Of a stretch of 64,000 nt of DNA, positions 8,664-17,833 are shown piece by piece. Position 1 is the stretch's first letter. Every line of letters starts with the position of its first letter. The stretch is from positions 1,088,001 through 1,152,000 of the forward strand of contig CBDAOB010000003.1 of NCBI GenBank assembly GCA_965197905.1. Direction: 5' to 3'. A program made the position numbers and the translations under genes. The notes beneath the pieces were generated by a model. That model did no database searches. It saw only the letters and a list, made by a program, of their open reading frames with translations, and was not told the DNA's origin. The DNA comes from Candidatus Latescibacterota bacterium. GTDB lineage: Bacteria > Latescibacterota > UBA2968 > UBA8231.

Positions 8664-10970
8664 CTACTCTGTCCAGAACGCGAACAGCTCGGCATTCCGC
8701 ATGCTGAAACGCGATCGCACGTTTTGCAGCTTCAAGCCACTGAGATCGCCGCCTTGCTGCCACCGGACCGGAAGGCGAACCCCATCCGCCGAGATCGGCA
8801 ACGCCCGAGTCAGCGACCAGGCTTCGTTCAACAGCTCGCCCTTGTCGTTCAGTAACTCGACGCGAATCTCACCGCCGTCGGCGTCAGCGTTGATCCACAG
8901 GCTAGAGCCGCGCCATACCAACGGTTTGGTCACGACCTCGCCGTCGACGTCTCCGGCGCGCATAGAAACGAAACCGTCCAGCCGCAACGTGCCCAGATTG
9001 AACGCTGCCTGATTCCCCATGTCCTGAGACTCGTCCTCTTTGTAGCTGCGGAACTTCGAGCCCGAATAGAGAAACACGAGCTCGTCGCCGATGTGCAATG
9101 GTTTTGACGGCGGCATGATCTGGACCAGATCGTACTGGCCGCTTGCTTCCGGTGATAGCGGGATGAAGTCGGGGCGGGTCTCGTTCAACGCATACAGCCA
9201 GTTTTCCATATCTCGACTGGAGGAAAGGCCGGTGACGTTAAATCCATCGCTGCCGCCGTCCGCAAGGTTTCCCGTCATGCGAAACCGGGTGGGGAAACCG
9301 ATGTAGATGCCTTCGTACGGGAACGCCGCCATGTTGTATATCTGCGAGCTGTACTCATCCCAATTTACGACGAGCGGCTGTTTCATTTCCGGATCGGCCA
9401 GGTGGGTTTCGAGCCAGACCTGTCCCAGCTCCTGGTCACGACGGTCGGGGGCAAAGACGTAGAGGTAGGGAGGCTGGCTCCAGCTGGCGAAGTCCTTGCT
9501 GGTGAGCATCCAGACCGAGCGCAGCCAACCCTTGCGGGCGCACCCGATCCCTAAGGGAGCGTTGCAGTGTCTTCCCTCACGTTGCGCTCGCAGGTAGACA
9601 CCGCGGTTCTCGTAGAGTCTCGATGCGTCCGAGTTGACTCCGGTGCGACCCAGGAAGACGAACTGATCGGTCTCGTCGTCGTAGAACAGATGGTTCTCCT
9701 CGCTGCCCGACAAGCCCTCATCGGAAAGCGGAGTGAAATGGATACCGTCCGCCGAGACAGCGGGCAATGGATTGACCGCCCCCAGGAGTGCTTTCCAGCG
9801 ACGTTGTGGGTCCGGATCGTGGGTGTCGTAGAGGACGTTGTAGAGCAGGTCCGTGGCCAGACCGGTAGGCTGCAGCATGTTGTTCTCGGTAGAACCTTCA
9901 AACTCGAACAGGCCGACGATCGGTTTCTCCCAGTTGAACCCGTCGTCGGAAACCGCCAGGCAGGTCGTCCAGGGATAAAACCCCCTGTCTTCGTCGAAGG
10001 GCGGAAAGGCCCAATAGCGGAACTCGTAGCGCTCTTCCTCCGGGTTCCAGTACGGGGCGCTGCGACCGGAGATGAATCTGAACTCCCAGGGGTGCTCGGG
10101 TCTGATGACCGGGTTGCCTGCGTATTTGCGCAATTGGTGTTGCACGCGTTCCACGTCGACGGTCTCTTGCAACGCGAAGGTGTCGAGGAAGAGCTCCTTG
10201 CGCCCGGCCTTTAGAAAAACCACGTCATCTCTCGGATCTTCAGCGACGGTGAAGTCGATAGATCGGTTTTCATCCGCTACAACCCCGTCCTGTTCGAACG
10301 GCACGAGCTTGTATCCGTCGATTACGACCCGGTAGCTGTCGTCTGCTGTGACCCGTCGCGATGCTACTGCAATCTCGGTCAGCGGGCGTACTGGCCCGGG
10401 TGGCCAGGCCGTAGCGCCATCGGTCAACACCATCTTCTTCGTTCGTGCGGTACGGTCTACCATGAGACGAACGAAATAGACGCCGGCCCCGGCGCCCGTC
10501 CCACCGTCATCCCGACCATCCCAGGTGGCCGAGTGCAAACCATGAGGCTGCCTGGAATCAACCAGGGTGCGTACCGGCTGTCCGAGGATGTTGTAGATCC
10601 GCAGGCTGACGCGCGCCTCCTGATGTAGCTGGTACGGAATCACAGTGGAGGGGTTGAACGGGTTGGGGTAGTTCTGGAATAGGCTGAACCCAGCTGGCAA
10701 GGCGCTGAACGCCTCCACGATCGTGGAGGCGTTCAGCACGACGCGGTACCGTCCTGCGGCGTCGGTCTTACCCGTGAAAACCTGATTCGGATCGCGCTCG
10801 CTTACGTACCTGACCTCAATGTCTTTGGGTCGCGCCCGCTGTGGACCTGGTTCCTCCGCAGGCACGATATGCACCGTTCCGACGATTTCCCGCGCCGAAG
10901 TTTTTTCCGCGAAAAGACAGGAGAACGCAGCACAGATCGCGATGAAATGGAATCGGCTAGTCATATCCAT
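8664..10970 (-). CDS. Secreted protein: signal peptide, FlgD-Ig/T9SS-type-A-like domain, then beta-propeller GH-like domain
   Basis: Hydrophobic N-terminus; FSLFQNYPNPFNPST..WDGRD..GVYFVRL; downstream region homologous to 2080-3585. Confidence 0.7.
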   Translation of the reverse strand: MDMTSRFHFIAICAAFSCLFAEKTSAREIVGTVHIVPAEEPGPQRARPKDIEVRYVSERDPNQVFTGKTDAAGRYRVVLNASTIVEAFSALPAGFSLFQNYPNPFNPSTVIPYQLHQEARVSLRIYNILGQPVRTLVDSRQPHGLHSATWDGRDDGGTGAGAGVYFVRLMVDRTARTKKMVLTDGATAWPPGPVRPLTEIAVASRRVTADDSYRVVIDGYKLVPFEQDGVVADENRSIDFTVAEDPRDDVVFLKAGRKELFLDTFALQETVDVERVQHQLRKYAGNPVIRPEHPWEFRFISGRSAPYWNPEEERYEFRYWAFPPFDEDRGFYPWTTCLAVSDDGFNWEKPIVGLFEFEGSTENNMLQPTGLATDLLYNVLYDTHDPDPQRRWKALLGAVNPLPAVSADGIHFTPLSDEGLSGSEENHLFYDDETDQFVFLGRTGVNSDASRLYENRGVYLRAQREGRHCNAPLGIGCARKGWLRSVWMLTSKDFASWSQPPYLYVFAPDRRDQELGQVWLETHLADPEMKQPLVVNWDEYSSQIYNMAAFPYEGIYIGFPTRFRMTGNLADGGSDGFNVTGLSSSRDMENWLYALNETRPDFIPLSPEASGQYDLVQIMPPSKPLHIGDELVFLYSGSKFRSYKEDESQDMGNQAAFNLGTLRLDGFVSMRAGDVDGEVVTKPLVWRGSSLWINADADGGEIRVELLNDKGELLNEAWSLTRALPISADGVRLPVRWQQGGDLSGLKLQNVRSRFSMRNAELFAFWTE

Positions 10971-11028
10971 TCCTCTACCTCGTTCGGACGACTTCGCCCG
11001 GCCAGCGACCGGGACCGTCCTCGACTTA

Positions 11029-12138
11029 CTAAACGTGGTCTGTGGTCGGAGTATAGATCGGTATGGGCAGCTGGTCCCCGCAGATATCTGTCACTCGTTC
11101 CGGTCCAAACAGCACCTTCACCATTTGCCGACGAGAGTAGCGCTCTTCGCGGTCACTTCGCCGCAACGTAAACAGGCCGTCCTGTTCCCACACCTCGAGA
11201 TCGTCAGGTCCCAACTTCGCGACGAGGCCGGCGGGATCGATGAGATAGAGCATATTCCAGGCGGCACGCCTGAACGGAAATCCAACTTCATCCAGCAGCG
11301 TGGTGAGCTTCGGCTGTAGCGGATTCGCCTCCACGAGCATCTCCGGCTGCAGCAACGGCGTGAAGCTGCTGTCGCGGGTCGAGGTGGAAACGCCCGCGGT
11401 TTCGGCGTCCACCCGATGGAAGATCTCGCGTACCAGACCCGCCACCACTTCAGCGGGACCCCCATGTTCCATTAGGATACGACTCTGGGTGCGGTAGTAG
11501 GCGTAGGCAACGACGCGCGAACGCTGTATCGCTACAAAGATTTCGGCCGGCTCTTTCGCAAGAACCAACCGCTCGTCCTCCCGATTGCGGATGACGCCCC
11601 ACTTCTCGCGTAGGTGAATCTCGTGGACGGCATCCAGATAACGTTCGAAACCGGAGTCGACCTCGAACCCGTCCAGGGTAGGTAGAAGATCGACGTTGCC
11701 TCTGTTGATCGAGTAGGTGAGCAGGCAGCCACCGTCCTCGTAGTCGAAACGACGGTACCATTCGGGATAGCCGGCCGAAAGATTTACCAGATCACAGCCG
11801 GTCTCCCCAGCCCGATCGGCAGTATCCTTCATCAGCATCGCCCCCAGGCCCTGCTTGCGCCAATCGGGATGGCAGGTGGTGCAGTTTACGCCGATGGCCT
11901 TAAAGGTGTGCGGGCCGGCGGCTATCTCCCGTGGCGAATGGGAGACGCTGGCGCGAATGGCCCCATCGATCCGGATAACGCGGATGTTGTCCAGATTCGA
12001 CGCTCGGTAGATGTGGGGATAATCGGTGAGAATGGAAGGTGGCTTACCCTGATTCGTCCGAAAGATCCCATTGACCAGCTCCAGCAGCTCATCCAACTCT
12101 TCGGGTTTGCATGCCCTCGGACCGTCGTAGCTACTCAC
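11029..12138 (-). CDS. GNAT family N-acetyltransferase (Eis-like architecture)
   Basis: CHPDWRKQGLGAMLM acetyl-CoA motif A and WYRRFDYE. Confidence 0.75.
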   Translation of the reverse strand: MSSYDGPRACKPEELDELLELVNGIFRTNQGKPPSILTDYPHIYRASNLDNIRVIRIDGAIRASVSHSPREIAAGPHTFKAIGVNCTTCHPDWRKQGLGAMLMKDTADRAGETGCDLVNLSAGYPEWYRRFDYEDGGCLLTYSINRGNVDLLPTLDGFEVDSGFERYLDAVHEIHLREKWGVIRNREDERLVLAKEPAEIFVAIQRSRVVAYAYYRTQSRILMEHGGPAEVVAGLVREIFHRVDAETAGVSTSTRDSSFTPLLQPEMLVEANPLQPKLTTLLDEVGFPFRRAAWNMLYLIDPAGLVAKLGPDDLEVWEQDGLFTLRRSDREERYSRRQMVKVLFGPERVTDICGDQLPIPIYTPTTDHV

Positions 12139-12166
12139 TGCGTGGACTCCCTGGTTAATGGACTAC

Positions 12167-13591
12167 TCAAGAAACCGGCGGACGATGGTGGATCCAGGGT
12201 TGGGCTTCCTCGAAGGCTGCCGAAGCCGCCAGAACCGTCTCTTCGTCCCCTTTGCGGCCGACGATCTGCAGTCCGATCGGCAATCCGTCCGCAGAGAAAC
12301 CGGCGGGGATGCTCGCAGCCGCGTGACCAATGGCGTTGATCGGCAGGGTAAAGTCGCCATTCCAATACTGGTCGGGGAAGGCCAGGCCAGGTGTCCACTT
12401 TCCGGGGAATTTTCCATACGGAAACGCAGGGAAGCAAGCAGTGGGAGACAGCAACAGATCGAACTGTTCGAAGAGGTCGTCCATACGTGCCTTCAGGCGA
12501 TCGATGCGACCCGGAGCGGAGGCGTAGTCGCCCGCCGTCACCTTTGCACCGTACTCAAACCAGAAAACTGCATATTCGGTCATCTCTTCGCGGTGGGTGT
12601 CCAACAACGAGCCCAATCTGGCATAGGTATCGGCGGCGCCCAGGTAGCCGAAGGCGTCGTATGGAGGGTCCATGGCCAGATCGGATTCCTCCACATGGCA
12701 TCCCAGCTGCTCGAACACTCGCGCCGCGGCCGACGTGACCCTCAACACCTCCGAGTCGACACCGGCGAAGCCAAAGTCGGGGCTCCACGCGACCCGCAAA
12801 CCGTTGATTCCTCGATCCAGAGCGGCGACGAAATCGGGAGGCACCTCACGCAGTGATACGGGATCGTTCGGATCGTGGCCGGCCATTACCTGGAGCAACA
12901 GCGCCGCGTCCTTCACGGTGCGCCCGATCGGCCCGTTCTGGGAGAATATGTACGGCATGGGATGTCCCTCCGTACCGGTAAAACCGGATACCCTTCCCTG
13001 GGTCGGTTTGATGCCGTAGATGCCGCAGAAGTGGGCTGGTATGCGAATGGACCCTCCCCCGTCGCTCCCGGTCGCAAGGGGACAAAGGCTGGCGGCCAAG
13101 GCGGCTGCGCCGCCGCCGGTGAATCCACCGGGAGTGCAAGCGGTGTTCCAGGGGTTGCGTCCGGGCTCTCCCAAACGGTTCTCACAGGTGCCGACGATGC
13201 CGAGCTCGGGCGCGTTGGTCTTACCGAGAATGATGGCGCCGGCCGATTTCACTCGTTGGACTACCGTTGCATCGTGCTCCGGAATCTGGTCCTTGTAGGC
13301 CACACAGCCCAGTGTCGTGCGGATGCCGCTGGTCATCTGGGTATCCTTGATCGCGATAGGCAAGCCATGGAGTGGGCCCAGTTTGTCGCCACGACTCACG
13401 GCATCCTCTGCCACCTTGGCGGCGGCCAGTGCTTCGTCCCGAGTTACGGTGACAAATGAATTCAACTGCGAGTCCAACCGCTCTATGCGGTCCAGGTACA
13501 ACCGGGTCAGCTCCACCGGGGAGATCTGTCGGTCGGCAATCAAATGCAGCAGTTTGTGTGCCGGCTCGAATGCCAGCTCTTCATCAGTCAT
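12167..13591 (-). CDS. Amidase-signature family enzyme (cis-Ser position is Phe)
   Basis: GPLHGLPIAIKD, GKTNAPE, RNPWN, GSDGGGSIRIPA, GLPIGLQIVG. Confidence 0.9.
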   Translation of the reverse strand: MTDEELAFEPAHKLLHLIADRQISPVELTRLYLDRIERLDSQLNSFVTVTRDEALAAAKVAEDAVSRGDKLGPLHGLPIAIKDTQMTSGIRTTLGCVAYKDQIPEHDATVVQRVKSAGAIILGKTNAPELGIVGTCENRLGEPGRNPWNTACTPGGFTGGGAAALAASLCPLATGSDGGGSIRIPAHFCGIYGIKPTQGRVSGFTGTEGHPMPYIFSQNGPIGRTVKDAALLLQVMAGHDPNDPVSLREVPPDFVAALDRGINGLRVAWSPDFGFAGVDSEVLRVTSAAARVFEQLGCHVEESDLAMDPPYDAFGYLGAADTYARLGSLLDTHREEMTEYAVFWFEYGAKVTAGDYASAPGRIDRLKARMDDLFEQFDLLLSPTACFPAFPYGKFPGKWTPGLAFPDQYWNGDFTLPINAIGHAAASIPAGFSADGLPIGLQIVGRKGDEETVLAASAAFEEAQPWIHHRPPVS

Positions 13592-14520
13592 CGGTCCCTT
13601 TCCAATACACGGCGCACATTCTCCGCGGTCACCGCGCTCACTCTGCGGTTAGACTCCTCCGTGACGCCGGCGATGTGGGGGGTGAGAAGAATATTCGGCA
13701 CATCCACGAAAACAGAGTCTGGAGGCAGCGGCTCTTGTTCAAAGACATCCAAAACCGCTCCCGCTAGATCCCCGTTTCGCAGCGCCGTGGCGAGCGCTTT
13801 CTCATCCACCACGCCTCCGCGAGAAGAATTGATCAAATAAGCGTCGGCACGCATCAGGGACAGCGCCTCGCCATCAATCAGATGTCGGGTCAGCTCGGTC
13901 AGCGGTACGTGAAGGCTGACCGCATCGCTGGCGGCAAGGAGCTGTTCCAACGTTTTACAGGTAACCTGCGTTTTTTGCCAGATGGAGTCTGTTGATCCTA
14001 TGAAAGGATCACAGGCCGCAACGACCATTCCCAACTCTTGGGCCACCCGCGCCACCTCCCGCGCGATGTTGCCAAAACCGACGAGCCCCAATCGACGCCC
14101 GCTGATCTCTTTGCGGATCAGGCGCTCCCTGGGCCATTGACCCGCTTTCACGTCGTCGGTGGCGAAGAAGCTGCCGCGAAAGATCGTCAGCAGAGCGGCG
14201 ACCACGTACTCCTTGACCGCCAGGTCGTTGGCGCTCACAGCTGGAAAGACCTGGATGCTTCGCTGGCGACAGACCTCCAGGTCGATATTGTCAAGGCCAA
14301 CACCCAGACGACCCACCACCAGTAATTTCTCGCAACCCTCCAGCAACGGCCCGCGCACCTGAGTCCGGTTGCGCACGATCAGCCCGCGCGCTTTGGCGGC
14401 CCCCGCGATCAGGTCATCAAGGCGCTCTACCAGCTGCGGATCGTACTGGACCTCGAAGTCGTGGGATAACCCCGCAACGGCCGCCTGGTCCATGAATTCG
14501 GAGATGACGATATCCACCAT
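13588..14520 (-). CDS. D-isomer-specific 2-hydroxyacid dehydrogenase (SerA/SlcC-like)
   Basis: GVGLDNID, GLVGFGNIA, LHVPLT, INSSRGG, LDVFEQEP, TPHIAG; 4-bp overlap with the amidase. Confidence 0.9.
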   Translation of the reverse strand: MVDIVISEFMDQAAVAGLSHDFEVQYDPQLVERLDDLIAGAAKARGLIVRNRTQVRGPLLEGCEKLLVVGRLGVGLDNIDLEVCRQRSIQVFPAVSANDLAVKEYVVAALLTIFRGSFFATDDVKAGQWPRERLIRKEISGRRLGLVGFGNIAREVARVAQELGMVVAACDPFIGSTDSIWQKTQVTCKTLEQLLAASDAVSLHVPLTELTRHLIDGEALSLMRADAYLINSSRGGVVDEKALATALRNGDLAGAVLDVFEQEPLPPDSVFVDVPNILLTPHIAGVTEESNRRVSAVTAENVRRVLERDR

Positions 14521-14529
14521 CGATCGAGA

Positions 14530-15489
14530 TTACCGCAGCAACGCTTCGGCAGCCTGGTCGTGCCACTGCAACTGAAGCTCGACGGCATCGTGCCGCTTGA
14601 ATGGTCGACAAACCTCCTCGATTGAACATCCCACCGGATCGATCCTCTCGAGATCTGCTACACCCATACCCCGCTGGTTACCGTACTGCAGCAACCCCAG
14701 ATCCAGTGGTTCGAACCCCATCACCTTGGCCATCACGGCGTCCACTGCAAACACGTCCGCGCTGGCGGCGGCGACACCGAGCTCAACGGCATCGGTTCCT
14801 CCCGGTCCGTTTCCCTGCAGGCCCACCGTTCCATCCACGACGCCGATGTCGGGCATGAGGTGACGGGCGAGGCGTATGAGGTTGACGTTGATCCGGCGCG
14901 CTTCATCGGGAAGCTGGCGCTGGTCGTGGGACCGGAAACCGTGCACCTTGACCCGGTCCTCTTTACGTATGGTGCCCATGATCATGTTCTTGAGCGCCAG
15001 GGTCACACAGCAACAGTCGTGGGTTTTGGCTATTGCGAGGGAGATGGTGCACGGGCATTGGAGGACCGTCTGCGGTATGTGCACGGTATACTCCGTGCCA
15101 TCGGCCAGGTAGATCTGTTCCGTCTGCCAGCTGGTCTCCTGATTCAGATCGACGAATCGAATCGGCAGGTCGAATTCATCGATCGGGTCGCGATACCCGA
15201 AATTGTCGAACGCCTGGCCGGAATCGTCGTTGGCCCCTTCAGCGATGATAATTTCCTGGAGCGGCGACGGGCAAGAGAGCAGAAAGTCGATGGCACCGCG
15301 AATAGCATCGGCGTGGCTCGAGGCCAATTGGTTCGTGCTGGAAAGGAAATTCGGTTTGAGCATGACCTGCTCGCGGATCTTGCCTTCGAGATCGGCGCGA
15401 ACCTGGTCCATGGCCCGGTAGACATTCTTCCTCCGCTCGCCCTCATGAGCGAGGCCGACGCGAACGCGAGTGTTGTTTCCTGAGGTCAC
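14530..15489 (-). CDS. DUF362 domain protein
   Basis: VMLKPNF, AKTH..VTLALKN, DG.VGLQGNGP, AVDAVMAKVMGF; GTG 15489 after an AGGAGG RBS. Confidence 0.82.
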   Translation of the reverse strand: MTSGNNTRVRVGLAHEGERRKNVYRAMDQVRADLEGKIREQVMLKPNFLSSTNQLASSHADAIRGAIDFLLSCPSPLQEIIIAEGANDDSGQAFDNFGYRDPIDEFDLPIRFVDLNQETSWQTEQIYLADGTEYTVHIPQTVLQCPCTISLAIAKTHDCCCVTLALKNMIMGTIRKEDRVKVHGFRSHDQRQLPDEARRINVNLIRLARHLMPDIGVVDGTVGLQGNGPGGTDAVELGVAAASADVFAVDAVMAKVMGFEPLDLGLLQYGNQRGMGVADLERIDPVGCSIEEVCRPFKRHDAVELQLQWHDQAAEALLR

Positions 15490-15738
15490 CCTGCCCTCCT
15501 CTGGCGCAACTAGTGCACTGGTGCAAATCTTGTTCGATGCTGCCCGATGTGCTGTAACATAGAAGCCCCCCAGCCAGCAGGCAATGTGCACACCTAGCCG
15601 GTCTCAGAACCGCAAATGAGCCGATCGCAGCGAAGGTTGGCCGAAGTTGCCCGGGTGCGACGATAGAGAGTATGACCCTTATTGACTACTTTCGAGATTG
15701 CCAAGTCGCCCCATACAGTCGCGCTGCAGGAATCTTAA

Positions 15739-17802
15739 GTGCCAGTGAACATAAACGGAACCGTTCGCGATGAGAGCTCCGGGAGGGGAATCGGCGACGT
15801 CGCCGTCTCCGACGGAGAATCGATCGCCCGTACGCACGCGGATGGGTCTTACCGTCTGCCTTTCCATCCGGGCGAACATACTTTCATCTGGGTGAGCTTG
15901 CCCGACGGCTTCGAAAACGTGGGTCCGTTCTACCGATCCCAATGCGAAGCGGGCGAGACCACCGATTTCTTCCTCACCCCTCGCCCAGACTCGTCCTCCA
16001 AAGGCCGGCGGATGGCGCAGCTCACCGATTTTCACCTTGGCAAGGAGTCCCTGGGTCCGGAGAATCTGCGCGAGGATATCAACCAGGTGCTCAGCGCGGA
16101 TGCCCCCGATTTTGCCGTGATAAGCGGCGATCTCACCGACATGGGTACCGAGCATGAGTTGCGGAGTTGCCGGGAAGTTCTGCACGATATCGATTTAGAG
16201 ATGTTCCCCATGTTTGGCGGGCATGACGGCAAAGAGGAGCTGATCCGGGAGGAGAAGGGAACAACCTGTACCCGCAACTACGAGCAGATTTTCGGTCCTA
16301 CCTACTACAGTTTCAATCGAGCCGGGAGGCACTTCGTGCTGTTCCCCGATGAGGATCGGTATTTCGCCGGGCCGGACCAGGAGCGCAAAGCGCGCTGGCT
16401 GCGGGCGGACCTCACTAGCCAGCCTGCTGACCGGCCGTCGATTCTCTTCATCCACGCCACCCCAGCGGCCAGCTTTGTTGAGGAAATGGGCCGCCTCGGC
16501 GTCGTGATGCTGCTTTTCGGCCATCGGCATTCGAACAAGTGGTACGAGTGGGCCGGCGTGCACGTTGGCTGTTGTCCGTGCCTCAGCTTCGGCGGTACCG
16601 ACTATTCAGCGCGGGGGTATCGGATCGTTGATTTCGCGTCCACGGCCTTCAGGACGCGCTTGGTTGCTCTGAAAAACCGTCTGCCTGACCGAGAGTTGGT
16701 CGACCCCCCGGGCGACGAGCGGCTTTATCGTCGTTGGGAGCACCAGCTGCCTGGCAATTTGCACCTCAGTGAACCGGTTCAATGGCAGGATACTTTCCTG
16801 GTGAGCATCGACGACCAGTACGGAAATGGGGATCCAGGTCTTCGCTGCATCGATGGGGCCACCGGCGCCACCCGATGGCAGGTGATCACCGAAGCCGGCA
16901 TACAGACCACGCCTGCTGTGGGTGAAGGGGGTTGTTGCGCCGTTATTACTCCTGCTGGCCGCTTGTACGGAATAGACGCAAGCACGGGCCAACTGCGGTG
17001 GGATGTGAGTCTGCCCGGATATCCGGAGCGTTGGATCTACAACTCGCCGCTGGTGGACACAGATTCGAATCACGCGAGGTCGAGCGTGGTGTTCGCAGGC
17101 TCTAACGCCGGCTGTGGGGCCTTCGACGGGGAGACGGGAGAAACCCGTTGGTACTGCTCGTTCGTCGGCGATACACCCCGCGTAATCGACAAACCATCCA
17201 GGGCAAACGCGGTTCTCACCGACGATAAGCTCATCCTGTTGATTCCGAAGCGCGGGCTGGTCGCCCTTGATCGAAACGACGGCCAACTGGTTTGGGAGGT
17301 GGCTCTGGGCATTCAACATTATTGGGCCACGCCGATCGTTTCGGGGACCCACCTGATCACCGGTGGCGATATCGGTAAGCTGGCGGTGGTTGCGGCAGAC
17401 TCCGGCAAGCTGGTATGCCAGTGGGATCTTCCCGATGACGCCTACCCAACGGCACTCGCGGCGGACGCCGACCGCAGCTACGTGGCGCTTCCGAATGGGA
17501 AGGTTTGCTCATACCGGCTCGCTGACGGCCAGCTGCTCTGGACCTTCGAAAGTGAAGAAGCTCTCGTGGACATGGTGCCTGCGCGTCGCGGCGGTGCCTC
17601 GACGCTGGCAGCGCCGCTCAGGTGGCACGACTGGCTCCTGGTGCCAGGGGGCGACGGCCTGCTGCATGTTCTCGATCCCGAGACCGGCAAAGCGGTTCTA
17701 CAGATCCGCTTTGCCGCACCTCTGACAGCGACCCCCTGTGCCCTCAGGGACGGATTCTGCGTCGGCAGCCTGGACGGCAGACTTACGTTTCTGACGCCCT
17801 GA
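15739..17802 (+). CDS. Calcineurin-like metallophosphoesterase fused to PQQ-like beta-propeller repeats
   Basis: GIGDVAVSDG N-terminal domain; DFH, GDLTD, GGHD, GHRH; repeated D..TG..RW blades. Confidence 0.8.
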   Translation: MPVNINGTVRDESSGRGIGDVAVSDGESIARTHADGSYRLPFHPGEHTFIWVSLPDGFENVGPFYRSQCEAGETTDFFLTPRPDSSSKGRRMAQLTDFHLGKESLGPENLREDINQVLSADAPDFAVISGDLTDMGTEHELRSCREVLHDIDLEMFPMFGGHDGKEELIREEKGTTCTRNYEQIFGPTYYSFNRAGRHFVLFPDEDRYFAGPDQERKARWLRADLTSQPADRPSILFIHATPAASFVEEMGRLGVVMLLFGHRHSNKWYEWAGVHVGCCPCLSFGGTDYSARGYRIVDFASTAFRTRLVALKNRLPDRELVDPPGDERLYRRWEHQLPGNLHLSEPVQWQDTFLVSIDDQYGNGDPGLRCIDGATGATRWQVITEAGIQTTPAVGEGGCCAVITPAGRLYGIDASTGQLRWDVSLPGYPERWIYNSPLVDTDSNHARSSVVFAGSNAGCGAFDGETGETRWYCSFVGDTPRVIDKPSRANAVLTDDKLILLIPKRGLVALDRNDGQLVWEVALGIQHYWATPIVSGTHLITGGDIGKLAVVAADSGKLVCQWDLPDDAYPTALAADADRSYVALPNGKVCSYRLADGQLLWTFESEEALVDMVPARRGGASTLAAPLRWHDWLLVPGGDGLLHVLDPETGKAVLQIRFAAPLTATPCALRDGFCVGSLDGRLTFLTP

Positions 17803-17833
17803 CGGATCGACATCTGCGGAAAATGAGACCGAG

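Noticed and set aside
15515..15526. TGCAC-TG-GTGCA palindrome upstream of the DUF362 gene
   Set aside because: Spacer is 2 nt rather than 4 and the downstream gene is not a repair gene, so not called a LexA box
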